Origin: Treponema sp.
GTDB lineage: Bacteria; Spirochaetota; Spirochaetia; Treponematales; Treponemataceae
Direction of reading: 5' to 3'
Length of the DNA stretch: 64,000 nucleotides
Assembly: GCA_022510845.1 (NCBI GenBank)
Contig: JAFLSR010000011.1
Coordinates: 2,128 to 66,127 of the forward strand
Part shown: piece by piece, positions 56,443 through 64,000 of the stretch
Numbering within the stretch: the first letter of the stretch is position 1
Layout: every line of letters begins with the position of its first letter
Translations under genes and position numbers: made by a program
Notes under the pieces: model-generated
The model's database searches: none
What the model saw: the letters and a program-made list of their open reading frames with translations, nothing else
Told to the model about the DNA's origin: nothing

Positions 56443-57918
56443 ATGTCAGAGATGGCGGAGGCTATAAAGGAACTTATCGAGCAAAAGGGACTTTCCGCAG
56501 AGTCTGTTATGAGCACAATCGAGAATATGCTGAAGGCGGCGTACAAGCGCACCTACGGCACGAACGCGAACGCAGTCGTTGTTTTTGAAAAGGACGAAAA
56601 CGATATTCCCGTGGATGTGACAATCTATTCGCGCAAAGAAGTAATCGAAGGCGGCGAGGACATCGACGATGTTTTCGACCCAGTTACGGAAGTGCCGCTC
56701 GGATATGCGCGTAAGCTCAGCCCCGATTGCGAGATTGGAGATGAACTCGACATTCCCGAAGATCCGAAAACTTTTGAACGCTCTTCGGTTTCCACGGGAA
56801 AACAGACCGCGCAGCAAGGACTCAATGAAAGTTACAAAGACAATCTCTACAAAGAATACAAGGACAAGGTGGGCGGAATCATAATCGGCTACTACCAGCG
56901 CGAGCGCAACGGAACAATTTATGTGGATCTCGGAAAAATCGAAGGAGTGCTTCCGCAAAAATACCAGTCTCCGCGCGAGAGTTACGAAAAGGGCGACAGA
57001 ATCCGCGCTTATGTAGCCGACATTTCCAAGAACAGCAACGGAATCCAGTTGATTCTTTCGAGGAGCGCGCCGGAACTCGTGCGCTCGATTTTGGAGACGG
57101 AAGTTCCGGAAGTGGCGGATGGTAGCGTCGAGATAACGAAGATTGTACGCGAGGCAGGCTACCGCACGAAAATCGCCGTTTCTTCGCAGCGCGAGGACAT
57201 AGACCCCGTGGGCGCGTGCGTCGGTCTCAAAGGCGTGCGAATCCAAAACGTGATACAGGAATTGCTCGGCGAAAAAATCGATGTTCTTCGCTATGACTCA
57301 AATCCTGTCACTTTCATCAAGAACGCGCTTTCGCCTGCGGAAATTTCTCGCGTGATAATTTTGGACGAGAATAAAAAGCAGGCTTTGGCAATCGCGTCTG
57401 AATCGCAGTTTTCGCTTGCCATCGGAAAGCAGGGGTTGAATGTCCGCCTTGCGAACCGTCTTTGCGATTGGAGTATTGATGTCAAGACAGAAGAGCAGGC
57501 GGCGGAAATGGATTTGAGCGAATTCACTTCACGGCAGACTGCGCAGAATTTGTTCCGCGACGACGAAGTGGAAGTCACAAAAATTTCGGACTTGCCTGGC
57601 GTGGACGTGCGCGTGGCAGACTTGCTCGGCGCGGCGGGAATCGAAGACGTGCGGCAGTTTGTGGACAACTACGATTCGATTTCCGTGGAAGGCGTTTCTG
57701 CGGAAGACTTGGAAAAATTGAACGCGCTCATAAACGAAAACATTGAATTCGTGGATGAGAAAGAAGTTCCTGAACAAGGCGAAGTTGCGCAAGCGGAAAA
57801 CACCGCCGCCGATGAGGAAGAGTATTTCTGCCCTGAGTGCGGCGCGAAGATAACTCTCGACATGACACATTGTCCTAAGTGCGGTGTCGAATTCGAATTT
57901 CAAGAGGACGAGGAATAG
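56443..57918 (+). CDS. nusA: Transcription factor NusA with C-terminal zinc ribbon
   Basis: S1 + KH domains (REAGYRTKIAV, GACVGLKG, LAIGKQGLNVRLA); terminal CPECG...CPKCG. Confidence 0.97.
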   Translation: MSEMAEAIKELIEQKGLSAESVMSTIENMLKAAYKRTYGTNANAVVVFEKDENDIPVDVTIYSRKEVIEGGEDIDDVFDPVTEVPLGYARKLSPDCEIGDELDIPEDPKTFERSSVSTGKQTAQQGLNESYKDNLYKEYKDKVGGIIIGYYQRERNGTIYVDLGKIEGVLPQKYQSPRESYEKGDRIRAYVADISKNSNGIQLILSRSAPELVRSILETEVPEVADGSVEITKIVREAGYRTKIAVSSQREDIDPVGACVGLKGVRIQNVIQELLGEKIDVLRYDSNPVTFIKNALSPAEISRVIILDENKKQALAIASESQFSLAIGKQGLNVRLANRLCDWSIDVKTEEQAAEMDLSEFTSRQTAQNLFRDDEVEVTKISDLPGVDVRVADLLGAAGIEDVRQFVDNYDSISVEGVSAEDLEKLNALINENIEFVDEKEVPEQGEVAQAENTAADEEEYFCPECGAKITLDMTHCPKCGVEFEFQEDEE

Positions 57919-57921
57919 GAT

Positions 57922-60684
57922 TTGATGGCGGAAGAAAGCGAAAAGAAAATCGTGTTGCACAAAAAATCAGCGACTCAGAATGCACCCGAGCAAAATCCGG
58001 GAACGCAGGCGGAACACGCTCAGCCTGTCACGGAAAAAAAGAAGAAAGTTGTCTTGGTGAAAAAGAAAGTGCAATCTCCGACGGCAGAGCAAGCGCAGAA
58101 AGTGCATCCAAAGCCCATGCCGCAAACTTCCGCCGAAGAACCCGAAGCGAAAAAGACTCTTCCCGAAGATGCAGAAAAAAAGGACATAGCGCAATCCTCT
58201 CCCGAACAATCGGCGGAAAAGCCAGCAGCAAAGAAGCAAGTTCCGTTCAAGTTGGTTTCTTCGCGTCCTAACGTCAAGGCAGGCAATCTTTCTGATCGCC
58301 CGAAAGGTCAGTGGAAGCCTCGAAACGGATTTGGCGGAAATCAAGGTCGCCCACAAGGATTCACTGGTGCGCAGGCGCGTGCCGGCTATCAAAACCGCGA
58401 GCGCGATGGAAATCGGCAAGGCTTTGCACGGCAAGGACAACAAGGCGGATTTCCGCGGCAGGGCGGCTTCAACAGAAACGGAGCGCAAGGCTCGGCTGGC
58501 GGATTTCCACGCCAAGGTTTTGGAGGACGGCCTGGTTTTGGCGGCGGATTCAATTCCGGTGCGGATATGTCCGCGGGCGGAAAGCCTTCCCAGGGTCAGC
58601 AGAAAAAATCTTTCAAAGGAAAGAAGCAAGTCTACAGCCGCAAGGACAAGGAAGCCGCGTTCGACGAGGACAAGTTTTACGAAACGCAACGCAAGGTTGA
58701 ATCCAGCGTTTCAGTCGTGCCTCCCAAAATCGACATCATGGAAACTGTTTCGATTCAGGATTTGGCGCGAAAGATGAATCTCAAGGCGAGCGAAATCATC
58801 GCAAAGCTTATGTCGATGGGACAGATGGTCACAATCACGCAGTCCATCGACAGCGACACTGCGACGATTTTGGCTGCCGAATACAATTGCGAAGTGCATC
58901 TCGTGAGCCTCTACGATGAGACCGTCATCGCCGCAGACACTTCCAACGAAGACAAGGCTTTGCCGCGTCCACCGATTGTAACCGTGATGGGACACGTTGA
59001 CCACGGAAAGACGAAGACGCTTGACGCAATCCGAAAGAGCCATGTTGCCGAGGGCGAAGTCGGCGGAATCACGCAGCGCATCGGCGCGTATGTCGTGGAA
59101 AACGAAAAGGGAAAAATCACTTTCCTCGATACTCCCGGTCACGAAGTCTTTACGATGATGCGCGCGCGCGGAGCGCAAATCACCGACATCGTTGTGCTTG
59201 TTGTGGCGGCGGACGATGGCGTTATGCCGCAGACTCTTGAAGCGATAAACCATGCCAAAGATGCGAAAGTTCCGATTATCGTGGCTGTGAACAAAATCGA
59301 CAAGCCCGATGCGAATCCCGAGCGAGTGCGCACTCAACTTTCCGAACTCGGACTCACTCCGGAAGATTGGGGAGGGGACACGCAGTATGTCAATATCAGC
59401 GCATTGAAAGGCGAAGGAATCGACGACCTTTTGGATGCGATTCTCCTTCAGGCGGAAATCCTCGAACTGAAAGCCGTGTGGGAGTGCAGGGCGCAGGGAA
59501 AGATTTTGGAAAGCAGAATCGACCAAGGGCGCGGTGTCGTTTCTTCCATTGTTGTGGAGCGTGGAACTTTGCGTCAGGGAGATCCGTTCGTCGCAGGAAT
59601 TTATGCCGGACGTGTTCGCGCGATGTTCAACGACCGCGGAAAGCGGATTCAGGAAGCAACGCCCAGTATGCCAGTTGAAGTGATTGGAATTGAAGGAATG
59701 CCGAATGCGGGCGACCCGTTCCAAGTGACTGAAAGCGAAAAAGAAGCGAGGGCGTTCAGCGCGAAACGCGTTGAGTTGAAGAGGTTCGAGGACGCGAAGG
59801 CCGTAAAGAAAGTTACGCTTGACAATCTTTACCAGACCATCGACGAGCACGAAGTGAAGGAACTCAAAGTCGTAATCAAGGCCGACTTGCAGGGAAGCGC
59901 CGAGGCACTCAAACTTTCGTTGGAAAAACTTTCCACCAAGGACATTCGCCTAGTCGTTATACATTCTTCCGCCGGCGCGATTAACGAAAGCGATGTAATT
60001 TTGGCAGCCGCCGATGACAATTCAATCATTGTCGGATTCAACGTGCGTCCCACTCCAAAGGCAAAACTTTTGGCGGAGCAGGAAAAAGTCGAAATCCGAA
60101 AATACAGCATCATCTACGAAGCGGTAAACGAAATCACCGCGGCGATGGAAGGAATGCTTTCTCCCGATACGAAAGAAAAAATCATCGGAACGGCGGAAGT
60201 GCAGAACACGTTCAAAGTTCCGAAAATCGGCACGATTGCGGGCTGCTATGTTTCAAGCGGCTCAATCAAGCGGAATTGCGGAGTGCGCCTCATTCGCGAG
60301 GGAATCGTCATATACACTGGAAAAATTTCTTCGCTCAAACGGTTCAAGGACGATGCCAAGGAAGTGGCGAAAGGCTTTGAATGCGGAATGGGTCTTGAGG
60401 ATTGGCAGGACATCAAACTCGGTGACCAAATCGAGGCGTTCGAATATGTCGAAGTGGCGCGAAAATTAGGCGACGAAAAAATCGACGACAAGGCAAAGAA
60501 CGAGGCCGCCGCAAGCGAGCAGCGTTCTCAGGCGCAGGCCAAGGCGGAAGCCGCCGCAGCAGCGGAAGCCGAAAAGATTGCCGCCGAAAAGGCCGCCGCC
60601 CGCGCCAAAAAAGAAGCCGCGGAAGCGCGTCCTGGCGCGCATGGAATTCGTCCGCAGTCGGAAGGCGAGAATGGGGCAGTATAG
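57922..60684 (+). CDS. infB: Translation initiation factor IF-2
   Basis: [31 protein letters not shown]; long Ala/Glu/Lys C-terminal tail. Confidence 0.98.
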   Translation: MMAEESEKKIVLHKKSATQNAPEQNPGTQAEHAQPVTEKKKKVVLVKKKVQSPTAEQAQKVHPKPMPQTSAEEPEAKKTLPEDAEKKDIAQSSPEQSAEKPAAKKQVPFKLVSSRPNVKAGNLSDRPKGQWKPRNGFGGNQGRPQGFTGAQARAGYQNRERDGNRQGFARQGQQGGFPRQGGFNRNGAQGSAGGFPRQGFGGRPGFGGGFNSGADMSAGGKPSQGQQKKSFKGKKQVYSRKDKEAAFDEDKFYETQRKVESSVSVVPPKIDIMETVSIQDLARKMNLKASEIIAKLMSMGQMVTITQSIDSDTATILAAEYNCEVHLVSLYDETVIAADTSNEDKALPRPPIVTVMGHVDHGKTKTLDAIRKSHVAEGEVGGITQRIGAYVVENEKGKITFLDTPGHEVFTMMRARGAQITDIVVLVVAADDGVMPQTLEAINHAKDAKVPIIVAVNKIDKPDANPERVRTQLSELGLTPEDWGGDTQYVNISALKGEGIDDLLDAILLQAEILELKAVWECRAQGKILESRIDQGRGVVSSIVVERGTLRQGDPFVAGIYAGRVRAMFNDRGKRIQEATPSMPVEVIGIEGMPNAGDPFQVTESEKEARAFSAKRVELKRFEDAKAVKKVTLDNLYQTIDEHEVKELKVVIKADLQGSAEALKLSLEKLSTKDIRLVVIHSSAGAINESDVILAAADDNSIIVGFNVRPTPKAKLLAEQEKVEIRKYSIIYEAVNEITAAMEGMLSPDTKEKIIGTAEVQNTFKVPKIGTIAGCYVSSGSIKRNCGVRLIREGIVIYTGKISSLKRFKDDAKEVAKGFECGMGLEDWQDIKLGDQIEAFEYVEVARKLGDEKIDDKAKNEAAASEQRSQAQAKAEAAAAAEAEKIAAEKAAARAKKEAAEARPGAHGIRPQSEGENGAV

Positions 60685-61042
60685 GCTTTTGAAACTGGGA
60701 GAGCAGATTCGCGGCGAAATCGCGACGATGCTTTTGCGCGGGGAAATAAAAGATCCGCGTGTTTCCAATTTTCTCACGATAAACCGCGTGGATGTTTCCG
60801 CCGATCTCGCCCACGCAAAAGTCTATGTTTCCACTTTTATGACTGAATCGGAATTGGCACGCGGAGTGGAAGGCTTGTGCAGCGCGGCTGGCTACATTCA
60901 ATCCACAATCGCGAAGAAACTCACAATCCGCCAATTCCCGCATTTGCATTTTGTCGCCGACACTTCGATTCGCGACGGATTCGAGATGGTGAAAAAAATC
61001 GACGAGATTGTGAAGGATGACGAATCGAAGGCTGGAAAATGA
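60671..61042 (+). CDS. rbfA: Ribosome-binding factor A
   Basis: IKDPRV, VDVSADLAHAKVYVS, RQFPHLHFVAD; overlaps the infB end. Confidence 0.95.
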   Translation: MGQYRLLKLGEQIRGEIATMLLRGEIKDPRVSNFLTINRVDVSADLAHAKVYVSTFMTESELARGVEGLCSAAGYIQSTIAKKLTIRQFPHLHFVADTSIRDGFEMVKKIDEIVKDDESKAGK

Positions 61043-62129
61043 AAGCAAGGACGCGATTGTGCTTTTGGCAAAGCGTCCGGGCGTTACGAGTTTTTCTTCG
61101 CTTAAAATCATAAAGAAGATTTTGGGCACGAAAAAAATCGGGCACACTGGAACGCTCGACAGTTTCGCGCAAGGACTTTTGGTTTGCTGTTCAGGCGCAC
61201 TCACGCGGCTTGCGGGGTTGATAACCGAATTTGACAAGACCTATGAAGCGGTAATCGAATTTGGAAGCGAGACCGACACGCTTGACCCGACTGGCGAGGT
61301 GGTAAAACGCGCCCCGCTTCCGACACTTCACGCTTTTTTGAACTCGCTTAAAAAATTTTCTGGAAAGATGAATCAGACTCCGCCCGCGTTCAGCGCGATA
61401 AAAATCGGAGGTGCGCGTGCAAGCGACATTCTTCGAAAAGGCGAGCGTGTTGAAATTCCCACGCGTGAGATTTTTGTCTATGGCTCGAAATTGAAAGAAA
61501 TCCAATTTGAGGATGATGGTTCGAAAACTTTTTCTTGCGAAACTTCCGATGACTTTTTGTGCCCGGAAAACGAAAAAAACTTGGCGCGAAAGATAAAGTA
61601 TGCTCGTGTTGAATTCCGCGTGAGCAAGGGCACATACATACGAAGCCTTGCGCGCGACATCGGCTGCGATTGCGAAAGCGCGGCGCACCTTGCGGGACTT
61701 TTGAGGACGAGCGTGGGCGCGTTCAGTTTGCGCGATGCGGCCTTTTGCGGAGAACTCACGCCTTTTACGATTCAAAGCGTCGTGCGCGCGCTTGAAAGCG
61801 GATGCGCGGAGCGCGACATCGACATGGAATCCGCCGAAAAAGAAGTTATGGAAAAACTTCAAGGAATGTCGCCTGATTTGGCGCGCGCCTGCGGATTCGG
61901 TGTGGCACTTCTCAAGGCGGAACGCGCGGATGATTTTTTTCACGGAAGGCCAGTAAAAAAATCATCCTTTGCTTCGTTGCAGGAAAATTGCGAGGCGGAA
62001 AAAACGCGCGAGCAGGATTGCGGAAAATATGCCGTCTTTCTTGAAAAAAGCGCGGCCGCGTTTTGTGGCGTTGTGCGCAGGGAAGGCGAGAGATTTTTCT
62101 ATGAGTTCGTGCTTTCGGGAAAGCAGTGA
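61017..62129 (+). CDS. truB: tRNA pseudouridine(55) synthase TruB
   Basis: KIGHTGTLDSFAQG, PPAFSAIKIGG, SKGTYIRSLARDIG. Confidence 0.95.
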   Translation: MTNRRLENESKDAIVLLAKRPGVTSFSSLKIIKKILGTKKIGHTGTLDSFAQGLLVCCSGALTRLAGLITEFDKTYEAVIEFGSETDTLDPTGEVVKRAPLPTLHAFLNSLKKFSGKMNQTPPAFSAIKIGGARASDILRKGERVEIPTREIFVYGSKLKEIQFEDDGSKTFSCETSDDFLCPENEKNLARKIKYARVEFRVSKGTYIRSLARDIGCDCESAAHLAGLLRTSVGAFSLRDAAFCGELTPFTIQSVVRALESGCAERDIDMESAEKEVMEKLQGMSPDLARACGFGVALLKAERADDFFHGRPVKKSSFASLQENCEAEKTREQDCGKYAVFLEKSAAAFCGVVRREGERFFYEFVLSGKQ

Positions 62130-62185
62130 AGTTCGAGGCGAAGGGCGCTCCTAGGTTTCTGCTTGGCGCGCATCGCCTTTCATAA

Positions 62186-63286
62186 TTAGTCTTCTTTCAG
62201 CCGGTAGTTCGTGCTGCGTCCGCCCGCTGTCGGCACGCGCTCTAGAATGCCTTTTTCGATGAGGTCGGTGATGTCGCGCAGAGCGGTGTCGGCGGAGCAT
62301 TTTGCGATTTTCGCCCATTTCGACGAGTTCAATACGCCGAACCAGTCGCCGCCTGTGAGCCGCTCCAGCATGTGCGACTGCCGCTCGTTCAGAGGAACGC
62401 CCACAGTCTTTTGGCGGAACGAGTATTTTTTGAGGACGTTTTCCGTTTCCACGATGCTTTCGTCCAAGGCTTTTTGCAGACAGTCCAAGAACCACACGAG
62501 CCAGTTTGTGATGTCAGGCGAGCCGTGTTGCGCGCGCTCCAGAGCATTGTAGTATTTTTTCTTTTCGAGCGAGATTTGGCTTGACATGCTGTAGAAGCGG
62601 AGATTCGTGCGGTCGCTGCGGCAGAGCATCATGTCGGAAATCGTCCGCGCGATTCGTCCGTTCCCATCCTCAAATGGATGGATGGTGACGAACCAGAGGT
62701 GCGCTATTGCGGCGGCTATGAGTGAGTCCTCCGCTTTTTTCGGGGAATTTAGCCAGCCGAGAAATGCGTCCATCTCTTTCGGAACGCGCCTTGCGGGCGG
62801 TGCTTCGTAATGCACTTTTTCCTTGCCGATTCTGCCTGAGACCACTTGCATCGCGCCCGAGCGATATTGCGCCACCTCGATTCTGCTCATGCCGCTGTAG
62901 CCCGTGGGAAAAAGGCAGGCGTGCCATGCGAAGAGCCGTTCCTTGGTGAGAGGTTTTCCGTATTTCTGCGTTGCGTCAAGCATCATTTCCACGATCGCGT
63001 CCACGTTCCTGTCTGTTTTCACTGGCTTCCGCAAATGGATTCCGAGCCTCCTCGCGATTGACGAGCGCACTTGATCCGAATTGAGCAAAAATCCTTCGAT
63101 TTCGCTTGACTTGATGACATCGTTCGCAATTGTGAGCAGGGTTTTGTCTTCCTTTTGAGAAAGCCCTAGAAGTTCCATCTTCGCGAGCAGCCGCCCCTGC
63201 GTCATGTGACAACCCTCTAGCAGCGGAGTGAGCCTTTTCGAGTCATACGAAAAACTAGGCCATTCGGCGTACTCATAGATATACAT
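62186..63286 (-). CDS. Fic family protein (DUF4172-like N-terminus, C-terminal HTH)
   Basis: Complete Fic motif HPFEDGNGRIAR; inhibitory-type SSEIEG motif; C-terminal SSKWAKIAKCSADTALRDITDL HTH. Confidence 0.93.
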   Translation of the reverse strand: MYIYEYAEWPSFSYDSKRLTPLLEGCHMTQGRLLAKMELLGLSQKEDKTLLTIANDVIKSSEIEGFLLNSDQVRSSIARRLGIHLRKPVKTDRNVDAIVEMMLDATQKYGKPLTKERLFAWHACLFPTGYSGMSRIEVAQYRSGAMQVVSGRIGKEKVHYEAPPARRVPKEMDAFLGWLNSPKKAEDSLIAAAIAHLWFVTIHPFEDGNGRIARTISDMMLCRSDRTNLRFYSMSSQISLEKKKYYNALERAQHGSPDITNWLVWFLDCLQKALDESIVETENVLKKYSFRQKTVGVPLNERQSHMLERLTGGDWFGVLNSSKWAKIAKCSADTALRDITDLIEKGILERVPTAGGRSTNYRLKED

Positions 63287-63292
63287 GAGATT

Positions 63293-63321
63293 ATTGTAGG
63301 ATTTTTTGCGGAGATTGTCAA
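63293..63321 (-). promoter_or_regulatory. sigma70 promoter, leaderless Fic transcript
   Basis: Minus strand TTGACA - 17 nt - TACAAT, then 6 nt, then ATG 63286. Confidence 0.8.
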
Positions 63322-63402
63322 TCTATTCGCCGCAAAATTTGCGGTGAATAATGAAATAAACACCGCATATTTTGCGGCGATTACGCGGATATTCACCGCA
63401 TG
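63305..63402. repeat. Three TTTGCGG-N18-CCGCA units at 33-bp period over the Fic promoter
   Basis: TGCGG at 63307, 63340, 63373; CCGCA at 63330, 63363, 63396. Confidence 0.88.
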
Positions 63403-63411
63403 ACGCTTTTT

Positions 63412-63849
63412 TCACATCGTCTTTCTGAACTGCATCTGCTCCTTCACCCGCGCGTAGCCGCACGAAGCGTAGAACTCATGCGCTTCTTTTCTTTCCATGC
63501 CGGAACAGAGCCGCACGGATTTGCCGCCGATTCCGCGCGTCCATTCTTCTGCTGCTTGCAGCAAGGCGCGCCCGATTCCTTTTCGTCTGAAATTTTCTGC
63601 GACGGCGATTCCCATTATGTTTGAAGCGAGCGGAGAAAATGTCGTGGCGTAGGTGCACACATGGATGTAGCCTGCGACCGCGCCGCAGTATTCCGCGACG
63701 AAAACGGCATTGTTTGCGTCTCCGAGAATTTCAGAAAGGACATCGCGCGTTTTTTCTATGCCGAATTCGTATCCGAGGGCGCGGGCGTTTAGGCAAGCGA
63801 TTTTCTCCGCGTCAGAAATTTCCGCAGTCCTGATTGTGATTTTTTGCAT
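63412..63849 (-). CDS. GNAT family N-acetyltransferase
   Basis: IAVAENFRRKGIGRALL acetyl-CoA motif; AHEFYASCGY. Confidence 0.9.
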   Translation of the reverse strand: MQKITIRTAEISDAEKIACLNARALGYEFGIEKTRDVLSEILGDANNAVFVAEYCGAVAGYIHVCTYATTFSPLASNIMGIAVAENFRRKGIGRALLQAAEEWTRGIGGKSVRLCSGMERKEAHEFYASCGYARVKEQMQFRKTM

Positions 63850-64000
63850 GATGATTTTCGCGGTGTTGCCCGCATTCTCCTTCTGTGCAATTTATTTCTT
63901 ATAATTTCAGACAATGAGAAAAGTGTCAAGTTTTTCATCATTGAAAAACCGCAATAAATAGGCGAGGTTTGTCGTAATGCAAATGTTTTTTCGCAACATT

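Noticed and set aside
63305-63402. Mini-CRISPR reading of the 33-bp array (15-nt palindrome + 18-nt spacers)
   Set aside because: Repeat and spacer are too short, there are only 2-3 units, the repeats are not identical, and no cas genes are in the window. An operator array fits better.

Overview
Mostly core chromosome of a Treponema-like spirochaete. The assignment rests on tandem flaA-type sheath genes, paired Maf/DUF115 genes, type-2 IleRS, a NusA with a C-terminal zinc ribbon, and the mraZ-rsmH-ftsL-murF-ftsW-ftsQ-ftsA-ftsZ-xerD gene order. Main blocks: scpA/scpB-rluB-cmk-rpsA; tRNA-Pro; flgB-flgC-fliE; plsC, DUF362 and MATE; a JAB-DinG helicase converging on a UvrD/Rep helicase; ileS-upp; a minus-strand acidic-protein/maf/maf/GGDEF-like operon; pgpH-ybeY-corC-TPR; rpmF-acpP-rnc-tRNA-Gly; flaA x2; the dcw cluster; rimP-nusA-infB-rbfA-truB; and Fic plus GNAT at the right edge. 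There are two accessory spots: an antisense cassette (secreted protein + NUMOD4/HNH nuclease) that splits scpA from scpB, and Fic/GNAT after truB. No CRISPR array, rRNA or transposase was seen. The most notable non-coding signals are: (1) a TTTGCGG-N18-CCGCAWA element, three times at exact 33-bp period over the Fic promoter and twice (66 bp apart) upstream of ileS; (2) repeated promoter -10 boxes 6-8 nt before start codons, implying frequent leaderless mRNAs; (3) a dispersed REP-like hairpin family; (4) long hairpins placed directly before the RBS of flgC, ftsZ and rsmH. All product calls come from motif recognition by eye; no database search was run.
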